This document shows, in pieces, positions 18,615-28,052 of a stretch of DNA of 64,000 nucleotides. The DNA is from Planctomycetia bacterium. Lineage in GTDB: Bacteria; Planctomycetota; Phycisphaerae; Phycisphaerales; SM1A02. Under the pieces are notes generated by a model. The model made no database searches and was not told the DNA's origin. It saw nothing but the letters and a program-made list of their open reading frames with translations. Position 1 is the stretch's first letter. The number at the start of each line of letters is the position of its first letter. Location of the stretch: contig SXSS01000046.1 of assembly GCA_005792145.1 (NCBI GenBank), forward strand, positions 649 through 64,648. The letters run 5' to 3'. The position numbers were made by a program, and so were the translations under genes.

Positions 18615-18794
18615 TTCGTGTTTCCTTCGGCGATTTATCGCCGTTTTCGCCTTGCTCTCCCGACGCCAATCACAACAGGTGGCGGGTAGAGTTTGACTTG
18701 GATGATGTTCAAGTTGTCCTTGTCGTGTGGTTCCCGAGGGCTTTCGCCGTTTGGGCCTTCACAACAAAGCATGACGTCCGTGAGAAAATGACGT

Positions 18795-19481
18795 CTATGC
18801 CTTGGCCTGGAGCCTTGCCTTTGGTTTGTAGAGCCGGATTGCGGCTCGAACAGTGAGATATCCAGAGTTTGCGCCGGGGACCGCCCCCTTCACAATAAGT
18901 AAATTCTTTTCAGCGTCGATGCTGATGACATCGAGACTTCGTGTGGTGACGCGCTCGTTGCCGAGGCGACCAGGCATCTTCTTGCCCTTCTTGATCTTTG
19001 CACCGTGTCCACGATCCGTTCCGTGACTTCCGATGGATCCGGGTGAACGATGCTTGCGCTCTGTACCGTGCGATGCGCAAAGACCTTTGAAGCGATACGC
19101 CTTCATAACTCCGGCGAATCCTTTTCCCTTGCTCGTTCCGATGACATCGACAAACTTCACGTTGCTGAAGGTTGACGCATCAATCATTTGACCAAGGGTG
19201 AATGCCTCTGCTTCTGCGTCGTTTGCCAAGCGAATTTCGCTGTGCACGCGCTTTGGACCAACTCCAGCTTTCGCATCGTGACCGATCACTGGCATCGAAC
19301 TTCGGCGAGGCTTGACATCTTCGAATGCAAGTTGAACTGCGCTATATCCGTCCTTTGCATTCGTCTTGACTTGTGTGACGAAGCAAGGTCCAGCGGAAAT
19401 CACGGTGACTGGAATGTTTCGACCATCGTCGAGAAACCAACGAGTCATTCCAATTTTGCGTCCGATGATTGCAGTGTTCAT
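18795..19481 (-). CDS. rplC: 50S ribosomal protein L3
   Basis: 228 aa. MNTAIIGRKIGMTRWF...FKGLCASHG. Confidence 0.97.
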   Translation of the reverse strand: MNTAIIGRKIGMTRWFLDDGRNIPVTVISAGPCFVTQVKTNAKDGYSAVQLAFEDVKPRRSSMPVIGHDAKAGVGPKRVHSEIRLANDAEAEAFTLGQMIDASTFSNVKFVDVIGTSKGKGFAGVMKAYRFKGLCASHGTERKHRSPGSIGSHGTDRGHGAKIKKGKKMPGRLGNERVTTRSLDVISIDAEKNLLIVKGAVPGANSGYLTVRAAIRLYKPKARLQAKA

Positions 19482-19502
19482 TTGATGCGACTCCGTAAAA
19501 AC

Positions 19503-19808
19503 TTAGGCTTTAATTTTCACAAACACGCCTGCCGGAACCACGAGACGGTTCAATGCATCGACGGTCTTGGAATTTGGATCTGAAATATCGATGATTCGCT
19601 TATGAGTTCGAATCTCGAACTGTTCGCGGCTCTTCTTATCAATGAAGGGCGATCGATTGACGGTATAGATTTCGCGGCGAGTCGGCAACGGAACTGGTCC
19701 CGCCACACGTGCGCCACTGATCTTTGTTTGCTCCACGATTTCACGGGCGCTGGCATCCAGCACCTGATGGTCGTACGCTTCGAGTCTTATGCGAATAGTT
19801 CCGTTCAT
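19503..19808 (-). CDS. rpsJ: 30S ribosomal protein S10
   Basis: The listed ORF 19503..19868 was trimmed to the ATG at 19808 ([27 protein letters not shown]), giving 101 aa. It is the first gene of the cluster. Confidence 0.94.
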   Translation of the reverse strand: MNGTIRIRLEAYDHQVLDASAREIVEQTKISGARVAGPVPLPTRREIYTVNRSPFIDKKSREQFEIRTHKRIIDISDPNSKTVDALNRLVVPAGVFVKIKA

Positions 19809-19902
19809 AGTAGTTCCCCTAGATAAGGGGCGAATCGGCGATGATATCGTCTTGCGAGAAACTGTCAACCGCTTTGCAGACTTGCGTCGATGCTTGAAGC
19901 CA

Positions 19903-21540
19903 ATGAGAGTTGAACTTCTCGCAATCGTTCTATTTGTCGTTGCTGGCTTGCCATTTCAGGCAGAGGCAAACGGCGCAAAGTTGACCGAATTTTATTGTCA
20001 GTCCGATAATACGCCGCCTGCCAAGCCAAAAACGCCGCCTGCGAGAAAAACCATACCTTCTTCAGGGTCGGCAACGCCGGTCGCGCCGGTTGCGCCAGAG
20101 CCGAAGCCGGCGCCATCGACTATCCCGAAAAATCCAAACCCTGCCCAACCCTCTGCCAAATCCCCCGCGCCATTTGTTGCGCCACCTGTCGCGCCAGCAA
20201 TTGACCCGCCCAAAAATGCACCGACAACAACGGGCGCACTTGATGCAGACAAAATTACTTTGGAATCTCTTGGAATTCGATTTCGTCCAATTTCAGGCGC
20301 AATTTTGACAAAGCCCGTGACAGGGGCAATGCCAATCTATACCGTCGATGACTCGCGTGATCCGCCTCGATATCACTTGCAAATTCAGACGCTTGTTTCT
20401 GGATTGAGCGAACCAAACCCGCAATCACAAGTCACCGAATACCTCGAGTCAATGAGGAAAAAGAATCAAAAATTTACGGTTCTTGTGAATGAACCTTGGA
20501 TACATCCCAAGACAGATGGGCACATCTTGTTCACCCAAACGGATCTTGGAGAGGGAGTTCTTGCGGTCCAAGGATGGTTGATTTTCCAGACTGGACCATT
20601 CGAGTTTCTTGTGGTGAATACGTTGACTTCGCGCGATGACTTCTTGGAGATTCGATCAACGCTCGAGGAAAGTTTTCACACGATTGAGTTTGATGACCTT
20701 CAACAAATTGCTGCGAAACGCGTTGAACGACTTCGATCAGGAAACGAATTGCTTCAGGCGATGACCCCAGAAAAAATGAAGTCATTGTGTGGTGGCGAGC
20801 CTCGATTGTTTCGCGTTTGGCAATCGGGAGAAAACGGCCAAGAAAATGAAATCGGTTACTACCGAGTGACTGTTCTGGCAGGAATGCTCAGCGATGCTTC
20901 TGGTGAAAATCCGCCAAAAACAAGTGAAAATCCAACGGGTTTGCTCGTTCTCGTTCAAGGTCGAACGATCGTCGATGCTGCCACGGGGCGATTTTCAGAT
21001 ATGGAGGCGCGCTTCTGGTCCGCATGGAATCACGAAAGCGAAGCATGGACAAGTCGGGTCACAGAACGCGGCGGAAAACTGAAAGAAAAATCGATTGCGC
21101 AAACAGGACTTCGCTCGCCAAGGGCAACTGGAAATCCACGGCAAGTGCTGACAGTCATCAACGGCAACGCGCAATCAAGAACACGCGACGAAAAAGAATG
21201 GACGGTGCCAAATGGAATCTATCTCTCGCAAGCGGAATTGCTTGTCCTTGGTGAACTCTTGCCGCGTGACGAAAAACAGCCCGCTCTCAACTTTGCTTTT
21301 TACGCATTCGATCCGCGATCGATGAGCATGCCACAAAGAGTGGACAATTGGACTCGCGCTCTTGATGGTCAATGGATGTTGATTTCACAACCAGGTTTAG
21401 ATGAGAGCGCGGAGATCACTTGGCATGACGCCAATGGCCGTCGCGTTCGACGATCGGAACCTGGTGGCTTCACAACGGAACTTTGCTTGCCTCGTCAACT
21501 CCAGCAAATTTGGAGCGCAAAAGGTTTGCAAACTCGATGA
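19903..21540 (+). CDS. exported protein of unknown function with a Pro-rich linker
   Basis: The listed ORF was trimmed to the ATG at 19903. It has an N-terminal signal-like [22 protein letters not shown], then roughly 100 aa of P/A/K-rich linker, then roughly 400 aa with no motif I recognise. Confidence 0.6.
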   Translation: MRVELLAIVLFVVAGLPFQAEANGAKLTEFYCQSDNTPPAKPKTPPARKTIPSSGSATPVAPVAPEPKPAPSTIPKNPNPAQPSAKSPAPFVAPPVAPAIDPPKNAPTTTGALDADKITLESLGIRFRPISGAILTKPVTGAMPIYTVDDSRDPPRYHLQIQTLVSGLSEPNPQSQVTEYLESMRKKNQKFTVLVNEPWIHPKTDGHILFTQTDLGEGVLAVQGWLIFQTGPFEFLVVNTLTSRDDFLEIRSTLEESFHTIEFDDLQQIAAKRVERLRSGNELLQAMTPEKMKSLCGGEPRLFRVWQSGENGQENEIGYYRVTVLAGMLSDASGENPPKTSENPTGLLVLVQGRTIVDAATGRFSDMEARFWSAWNHESEAWTSRVTERGGKLKEKSIAQTGLRSPRATGNPRQVLTVINGNAQSRTRDEKEWTVPNGIYLSQAELLVLGELLPRDEKQPALNFAFYAFDPRSMSMPQRVDNWTRALDGQWMLISQPGLDESAEITWHDANGRRVRRSEPGGFTTELCLPRQLQQIWSAKGLQTR

Positions 21541-22307
21541 TGAATGTGCGCATAAATGTGCGATTCATATTGCTCTGCGCGCTGCCGATTTCGTGCGCGG
21601 CTCCAAGTGGAAAAGTGCAGACTGCGCCGATTCTCTTTGAGATTCTTTCGACTTCGAGCAGTCCATTCGCCGTCGACGCGGCGGATCAGATCGCAGGGAT
21701 GGATGCGAACTGGGCTTGGAAAATGGTCGATGCGAATGGGCGAGCGAAAGATGATTCTGTCATTGAATCTCTTGCAATTTCGACGCGTTCGTACGGGGGA
21801 ATGTGGATGATTCCAATGATTGATGGTGAACGTGAATTTGTTTCGCTTGCAAACAACGGTGACATCTCCCTTGTCGCTGTTGAAGCACCCAATGACCAAG
21901 CAATCAGCATCTTCACACCTCCGTTGGTTCTTGCTCCAAGACAAATGCACATCGGAGAAATCTTTGCGTCATCAAGTTCGATGCGCGTTGATTGGATGGA
22001 TGATCGCGGCGAGAGGGACCGAGGCATCGGCGAGCGAACAACACGCATCGTTCGCGCAGAGAATGTTCGGACACCGCTTGGTGAATTCCAAACAATGCGC
22101 GTCGAAACAAAGTTTGAAGCTCTCTTGCGCTTTGCAAGGGCGCAACGTTCCACAACTCTCTGGATCGCAGCGGGAATTGGCCCTGTTGCAGAAGAATGGC
22201 AAGGAAAAGTGACAGTTATGGGAATCCCAATTTCGAACGATGCCGGAACCGCAGTGCGAATTTCTCCAATTCCCACCGCGCAAGACAAGACTGCCCCCCT
22301 AGAGTGA
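21537..22307 (+). CDS. exported protein of unknown function
   Basis: The ATG at 21537 overlaps the upstream stop (ATGA). It has a signal-like [26 protein letters not shown] recognised no motif. Confidence 0.55.
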   Translation: MMNVRINVRFILLCALPISCAAPSGKVQTAPILFEILSTSSSPFAVDAADQIAGMDANWAWKMVDANGRAKDDSVIESLAISTRSYGGMWMIPMIDGEREFVSLANNGDISLVAVEAPNDQAISIFTPPLVLAPRQMHIGEIFASSSSMRVDWMDDRGERDRGIGERTTRIVRAENVRTPLGEFQTMRVETKFEALLRFARAQRSTTLWIAAGIGPVAEEWQGKVTVMGIPISNDAGTAVRISPIPTAQDKTAPLE

Positions 22308-22312
22308 CATCT

Positions 22313-23074
22313 ATGAACTGCGCACCTTCCATCTTGGTTGCCATTCCTGCTCACAACGAGGAGCAATACATCGATCGCGTCTTGCCTCGGGTGTTGCAGT
22401 ATGAATTGCCCGTGCTGGTAATCGATGATGGTTCCACGGATTCCACCGCTGCCCGTGCCGCTGCGTGGCCAGTCGAACTTGTGCGAAACCCCAAGAATGT
22501 TGGATATGGCAGAGTGATGCAAGACATCTTCGCATGGTCTGCGATGCGCGGATTCGACTGGGTCATCACCATGGATTGTGACGAGCAACACGAGCCTGCT
22601 TTTATTCCAGAGTTCATCCGAGCAATTGAATCCGATGATGTCGACGTCGTTTCGGGAAGCAGATACCTCCGCCATCACGAAAACGACACCGTCGCTCCCG
22701 CGGATCGAAGCGAAATCAATCGGAGATTGACTTTGGAAATCAATCAGCATCTTGCTGGCGCATTTGAATCTCCATTGACTGATTCATTCTGTGGATTCAA
22801 GGCGTATCGATCCGTGGCGTGCAACGCGCTTCGGTTGGACGCGAATGGATACGAATTCCCGATGCAGTTCTGGGTGCAAGCAGCCGCGAATCGCCTGCGG
22901 GTGCGCGAAATTGCCGTTCCAAAGATCTATCTCGATCCCAATCGGACTTTCGGCAATGGACTTGATGATCCAGACCGCAGACTTTCGGTGTACCGAGACA
23001 CCTTGCTGCATGAACTCGAACGATGCCATGGAAGATTGGCTCACCTTCGGCGCGCGATGTGCACTCGTGCATGA
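22313..23074 (+). CDS. family 2 glycosyltransferase (DPM1 / polyprenol-phosphate sugar synthase-like)
   Basis: The ATG at 22313 lies 5 nt after the upstream stop. It contains ILVAIPAHNEEQYIDRVL, VIDDGSTDST and the DXD-like MDCDEQH. Confidence 0.8.
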   Translation: MNCAPSILVAIPAHNEEQYIDRVLPRVLQYELPVLVIDDGSTDSTAARAAAWPVELVRNPKNVGYGRVMQDIFAWSAMRGFDWVITMDCDEQHEPAFIPEFIRAIESDDVDVVSGSRYLRHHENDTVAPADRSEINRRLTLEINQHLAGAFESPLTDSFCGFKAYRSVACNALRLDANGYEFPMQFWVQAAANRLRVREIAVPKIYLDPNRTFGNGLDDPDRRLSVYRDTLLHELERCHGRLAHLRRAMCTRA

Positions 23075-23107
23075 ATTTTCCATTGCGAGAATAGACTCTG
23101 CATCCAA

Positions 23108-24490
23108 TTGGAACGAAGCGTGAAATCAGTCGAAGTGCATTTGCCCACCGAGGGAGCGAAGGAATTATCGCTTTCCCCGCTCGCATCAAGCCTTCGCAGT
23201 CAACTACGCGACTCTCTGCATATTCCAGCGGGATTTGTGGCTGGTGCTGGGCATCAACCAATCGCATTGCACTGCGGAATTCTTGCGAAGTTTATTGCGG
23301 CTTCAAGCGCGGCCCAAGCGCGTACATCTGCAGGTTGCTGGGTTCATTTTCTCAGCGACCAAGATGTGGTCGATCCATTTCGGATGGATCTTCCAGTGCG
23401 CGAGCGAAATGGGAATGTGCGCAGAACTTCTCTAGGCCTTGCCTTGGAGCAACCGCAACTTGCAAGCGATGCAGTTCCCTTTGCACGACCTGCACAAGCC
23501 CCTCGCCGACCCGATATCGAGACGATTGCATCGCCCACGGCATCGACTGCGATGGACAAGGTGATCGAAGCACTGCGAGATGCTTGCGATTCTCCAAACG
23601 CTGGCGTGCAAATGGCGCGAACCATGATGCACAGTGCGAAGCGTTGGGTGAATCCCCCTTGCGCAATCGTGGAGAGTCGATCTTTGTTGATGTGCGATGC
23701 CGCTCAATCAATCTTGCACAAAATGTTCGCTGCGCCAGAACAATGCGCTGCGGTTTTCAACGCTGCGCTGAAACTCGACCCGCGTTCTGCGCGACCACTG
23801 CGAGAAAATGGCTCACGCAGCGAAGTGCCAGTGTGGGGAGTGCGTGCAGATGGATCCCGCGAACGAATTGATGCGCTCGAGGCTCGGCGCCGCTGCGAGA
23901 GTGGAATTCCGCTGCTTCCAAGGGCATTTCTCGCATCTGGCTTGATGCGTCTGACCTGCGATCTTTTCTTTCATGGAACCGGCGGAGTGAGATACGAACG
24001 CGTTGGCGATCGATGGTGGCGAGATTTTCTCGGCATTGATTTGCCTGAATTCGGATCCGCAACAGCCACGATCGTTCCTGTTGCGAGTGATCTTGGATTG
24101 GACTTTGATTCGCATTCACCGCAGCATGCATCTTGGAGAGAAGCGTGGTGGGATCCAACACGACTCGATCGGCAACATGATTCGCGGACGATGATCGACC
24201 CCACTCGCTCCGGCCTGTTGCAGCGAATCGCAGATGCGCCTCGCAAGTCAACCAGTCGACGCGCTGCGTATCAAGCGCTTTGCGATTACATCAATGCGCT
24301 GCGCCAAAGTAGAAGCGCAGAATTGTCATCGCTGGAAATCGCAGAGGGAGAGAGCAAGTCCATTCGCGCGCAAATTGCCCTTGCAAATGATCGCACATGG
24401 CCATTTGTATTGATGAGAGAAAGCGCCATCGATTCGATGGCGAAGTCCATTCGCGACCACCTCGGTCAACGATCATCAGAATTGCGCTGA
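23108..24490 (+). CDS. hypothetical protein with BshC-like motifs (putative ligase-family protein)
   Basis: 460-aa ORF with a TTG start at 23108 or an in-frame GTG at 23120. FVAGAGHQPIALHCGILAKFIAA and LLPRAFLASGLMRLTCDLFFHGTGGVRYE resemble the two conserved BshC-family blocks. The comparison is from memory and was not computed. Confidence 0.4.
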   Translation: MERSVKSVEVHLPTEGAKELSLSPLASSLRSQLRDSLHIPAGFVAGAGHQPIALHCGILAKFIAASSAAQARTSAGCWVHFLSDQDVVDPFRMDLPVRERNGNVRRTSLGLALEQPQLASDAVPFARPAQAPRRPDIETIASPTASTAMDKVIEALRDACDSPNAGVQMARTMMHSAKRWVNPPCAIVESRSLLMCDAAQSILHKMFAAPEQCAAVFNAALKLDPRSARPLRENGSRSEVPVWGVRADGSRERIDALEARRRCESGIPLLPRAFLASGLMRLTCDLFFHGTGGVRYERVGDRWWRDFLGIDLPEFGSATATIVPVASDLGLDFDSHSPQHASWREAWWDPTRLDRQHDSRTMIDPTRSGLLQRIADAPRKSTSRRAAYQALCDYINALRQSRSAELSSLEIAEGESKSIRAQIALANDRTWPFVLMRESAIDSMAKSIRDHLGQRSSELR

Positions 24491-24500
24491 ATTTGGATGA

Positions 24501-25520
24501 TCACGAAGCTGATGCAGATGCCTCAGAAACCAAAGGATTCAGCGGATCTGGCCGATACATTCGTGAATCCAAACTCCAGACTCGCTCGGTGAATTCCGCA
24601 TTCCCAGCGTGCAATCGATCGCGCGCAACAGCATGAATGGAAATAGTTGTTTTCGCTTCGAGATTATCTAGAAGCGCAATGAAAATCGCTTCGGGAGTCG
24701 ATGGCAACTTTGCCGCGCCGTGCTCCAATTGTCCGTGGTGCGAAATCAGAATGTGCTGAAGAACCGTAATCACTTCATTTGAAAGTCGATTGCCACTGCT
24801 GCGAGCCGCCATCGCCGCTTTCAGTTGCAACCAAATCGCGCCACGCACCAGATGTCCGATCAGTTGACCATCCATCGTGTAATTGAATCCCTTTTCCCAT
24901 TCCAACTCGACGGTCTTACCGAGATCATGCAGGAAAAGTCCCAGCAAAACGATGTCTCGATTCAACTCTGGATAGAGCGGCAACATCCGATCGGCAAGAT
25001 GCATCAGCTGATGCGTGTGTTCGAGCAATCCACCGATCCATGCATGATGCACATTCGTTGCGGCGGGCGCGTGCCGAAATGCTGCCATCATTGCTTCGTC
25101 TGTGAGATACGCATCGGCAAGCGCACGCATGCCAGCATCGTTCATCGAATGCAGAAGCGTGGTCACTCCGCTGAACATCTCCGCGATGTTCTTGCGAGTT
25201 GTTGGCAAGAGCGACACCAAGTCCTCTGCGCTCACCTCAACGCCCTGAATCTGATCCAGAATGATTTGATTATGCCCGTTATAGATTTCGACGCGACCGA
25301 TGACTCGTGCATATCCAGTCGCACTCACATCTTGCAAATTTGATTCTTCGAATGTCCATTTTCGTGCAGGTACTTCGCCAGTTGCATCGCGGATGAGCGC
25401 TTTAAAATAGCACTTTCCGCCGCGAGTCATAGCTGTTTGCGGATTGACGAGGCTATAAACCCCATCGACATATGCCCCAACTGTAAGATCTCGAACATTG
25501 ATATGTGGTTGGGAATTCAT
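24501..25520 (-). CDS. yhaM: OB-fold + HD-domain 3'-5' exoribonuclease, YhaM-like
   Basis: N-terminal OB fold (YFKALIRDATGEVPARKW...RVIGRVEIYNG) plus an HD domain (HHAWIGGLLEHTHQL...LFLHDLGK). Confidence 0.8.
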   Translation of the reverse strand: MNSQPHINVRDLTVGAYVDGVYSLVNPQTAMTRGGKCYFKALIRDATGEVPARKWTFEESNLQDVSATGYARVIGRVEIYNGHNQIILDQIQGVEVSAEDLVSLLPTTRKNIAEMFSGVTTLLHSMNDAGMRALADAYLTDEAMMAAFRHAPAATNVHHAWIGGLLEHTHQLMHLADRMLPLYPELNRDIVLLGLFLHDLGKTVELEWEKGFNYTMDGQLIGHLVRGAIWLQLKAAMAARSSGNRLSNEVITVLQHILISHHGQLEHGAAKLPSTPEAIFIALLDNLEAKTTISIHAVARDRLHAGNAEFTERVWSLDSRMYRPDPLNPLVSEASASAS

Positions 25521-25597
25521 TTGCGCGCGCCTTTCGATTGTGGTGAGTCTAGCGAAGTCTGCTTTGGATGACTGCGATGAATGATTCGCAAGCCGGT

Positions 25598-26548
25598 CTA
25601 GCCATTCGCGCGCAATTCATCCAAGACACTTGGAATTTCATCGCAGAGTTCCATGGCAAGAAGACCAGCTTCGCCGACACGAGCGCTCCATGCTCGGGCT
25701 GCGAGTCCGTGAATTGCAACTCCTAATCTTGCACAATCGAAGAGGGAAAGACTGTGTGGTGGACGAATAAACTGCGCGGCGATTGATCCAATAATTCCAG
25801 CGAGCGCATCGCCGCTCCCTCCCGTCGCAAGCGCAGCATTCCCAGCTCGCGCGGACCATTGATGCACTCCGTCGCTGACCACCGTTCGTGCGCCCTTGAG
25901 CACGACAACACATCCGATTCTTCCAGCAAGCGCGGTGGCGGCGTCCACTCGACGAGCCTCGTCCGTTGCGGCAGTCGGATCAAGATCGAGTGATTGCGCC
26001 AATCGTTGATACTCGCCAGGATGCGGCGTCAGAATCACCGAAGCATCACGAATGTCCCTTGTAAAATCAGTCAGGCGGGAGAGCGCGTTGAGCCCATCTG
26101 CATCGATGATCAACGGACCACGCACGTGGCTCAACATTCTTACGACGATTTGATCGATCGCAAATCCATCGCCAAGCGCAGGACCGAGCACGACCGATTG
26201 AACGCGATTCAATATGGGATCGAGCAATTCCGCGCATTCAGATGCGAGAAGCGCTCCATGCGAATCGACAGGAAGCGCATGCGCCGTCGCGCTTTCCAAA
26301 GCAACGAGTGCTGATGCAGCGAGAGGTTCAGGAACTGCCAATTCCGCAAGACCGCAACCAGTTCGCAGTGCGGCACGAGCTGCGATGACAGGACCGCCAA
26401 GCATCACTCGTGGAAGCTTTGCACAACCACCGATGACGAGAACCGTTCCAAATGTTCCCTTATGTCCCCGTGCATCTCGAGCAGGAAGCGCAGGACATGG
26501 CGATGTGTCGTGTCCACATTCTGCTTCGATGCGCTCATCGATCGACAT
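25598..26548 (-). CDS. nnrD: ADP-dependent NAD(P)H-hydrate dehydratase
   Basis: HKGTFGTVLVIGGC, LTPHPGE and TGGSGDALAGIIG motifs. The start was chosen at the ATG at 26548 (MSIDER...). The longer listed start at 26629 is also possible. Confidence 0.85.
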   Translation of the reverse strand: MSIDERIEAECGHDTSPCPALPARDARGHKGTFGTVLVIGGCAKLPRVMLGGPVIAARAALRTGCGLAELAVPEPLAASALVALESATAHALPVDSHGALLASECAELLDPILNRVQSVVLGPALGDGFAIDQIVVRMLSHVRGPLIIDADGLNALSRLTDFTRDIRDASVILTPHPGEYQRLAQSLDLDPTAATDEARRVDAATALAGRIGCVVVLKGARTVVSDGVHQWSARAGNAALATGGSGDALAGIIGSIAAQFIRPPHSLSLFDCARLGVAIHGLAARAWSARVGEAGLLAMELCDEIPSVLDELRANG

Positions 26549-28052
26549 GGACAACCTCGATGGAAACATTTCCAATTGTCGACAGCAGATTGGAGAAATC
26601 CGCGTCGAGTTGCGCATCGTCCTGCGCACTTGTCGCCATCAACAGATGGCCTGGATGAAATGATCGTGAAGAAAGAGTCGCATCGAGATCAATCCATGCA
26701 CCATCCACCTGCGCCTGAGTCCACATATGCCAAGCGAAAACATCTCGCTTTCCAGCGAATTCTTCGGCGTAAACCATTCCGCTTGCAACGCGCGAAGGAA
26801 TCCCCTGCGCTCGAAGCAATGCCGCCAAGAGAACCGCATGCTCGGAACAATCTCCTGACTTCGACTGCGCGACTGCGCTTGCGCCTGCGAATGCCGTTGC
26901 GAGATCTTTGTGAACAATGAAACGCATCACGAATGCTCGCAGCGCTTCGGTTCGATCCGCGACTGGCGACGATTCATTCAGCCCCGCGGATTTCACTGCT
27001 CGAAGAGCAAGAGCGATGACCGCAGGATCTTTTGCATCGATCAAGATGCTGGATGCGAGATACCGAGCGTCGGCAAGTTCCTCCGCCGTCACGGGCGAAG
27101 TGCGTCCGACCTCGACATCAACAAAAATCCCCCCCGCTGGATTCGCTTCGAAGCGCTGCGCGCCAGATGCAGGAAATGAAAGAGCGTCTCCATTGGTTGA
27201 ACGCACCGCAATTTTTGTGTGGCGCGCATTCAGCAATTCAGGACAAGGCTTTGCGAGCGAGACCATGCTGCGATCGATGAGATCAACTCCGCCATTTGAT
27301 CCAGCTTTTTTCGCTTGCGTTTCACTACTTCGACGCGCGATCATGTCGCCAATCGCCATTTTTGTGCGAGACATAACGACTTCGCCATCGCCATCAATAT
27401 CTTCCTCGGTTGGCATCGGCACAGCACTATTTGTGGTGACCCAACGAATTGTTTTCTTTGCTTCGCCTTCTCCCATTCGCTTCGAGACCATATCGATGAT
27501 CCGTAATCCGCTCGATGGATCGACGGTGCGATACGAAATTTCCGTCGCTCCCTCCTTGCGGCGTGCGTTGATATTGCGCTCCACCTGCGCTGGTGTCCAC
27601 CATATTCCTTCGGGATATGGCATCTTGCGCGACAATGTGCGGCCGCCTGCTGTCTCATCGACTGCGACTTCTGTTTTAGAAAAGCGATAGATCGTGCGCG
27701 AAACTTCCGAGCCAGATTCCTGCTGAACTTCGCATTCGATTGGTGTGCCGTCGGATGATTCTGTGAACTTCCATCGGATTCGAACAGTTGTCGACGCCCC
27801 TGCTCGTCCCAAAGTCATACGAATGTCATTGCTGGTTTGAATGCGATCTCCAAGGCTTTCGAACTTTTCATGCATCCATCCACAATTCGAGCCGCCAATG
27901 GAGACAATAAACCAGGAATCACGAAGACTTTCCCTGTGGGATTGCCGCACGAGAGTCGTTTGATTTTCTCCATCTATGCCATATGCATTCGAAGAAACCA
28001 CAACCGCGCAGAACGCGATCGCGATTGCAATCCACCGCTCAGGTCGCGGCAT
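26535..28052 (-). CDS. secreted transglutaminase-like cysteine protease-fold protein
   Basis: Signal-like MPRPERWIAIAIAFCAVVVSSNAYG. The C-terminal core has SGDCSEHAVLLAALLRAQGIP, FAWHMW and IDLDAT, giving Cys-His-Asp contexts. Confidence 0.8.
   Translation of the reverse strand: MPRPERWIAIAIAFCAVVVSSNAYGIDGENQTTLVRQSHRESLRDSWFIVSIGGSNCGWMHEKFESLGDRIQTSNDIRMTLGRAGASTTVRIRWKFTESSDGTPIECEVQQESGSEVSRTIYRFSKTEVAVDETAGGRTLSRKMPYPEGIWWTPAQVERNINARRKEGATEISYRTVDPSSGLRIIDMVSKRMGEGEAKKTIRWVTTNSAVPMPTEEDIDGDGEVVMSRTKMAIGDMIARRSSETQAKKAGSNGGVDLIDRSMVSLAKPCPELLNARHTKIAVRSTNGDALSFPASGAQRFEANPAGGIFVDVEVGRTSPVTAEELADARYLASSILIDAKDPAVIALALRAVKSAGLNESSPVADRTEALRAFVMRFIVHKDLATAFAGASAVAQSKSGDCSEHAVLLAALLRAQGIPSRVASGMVYAEEFAGKRDVFAWHMWTQAQVDGAWIDLDATLSSRSFHPGHLLMATSAQDDAQLDADFSNLLSTIGNVSIEVVHVDR

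Noticed and set aside
21686-22750. 354-aa minus-strand ORF spanning the exported-protein gene and the GT2 gene
   Set aside because: It crosses a gene boundary on the opposite strand, where the GT2 motifs (VIDDGSTDST, DCDEQH) are clear. I recognised no motif, so it is probably an antisense artefact.
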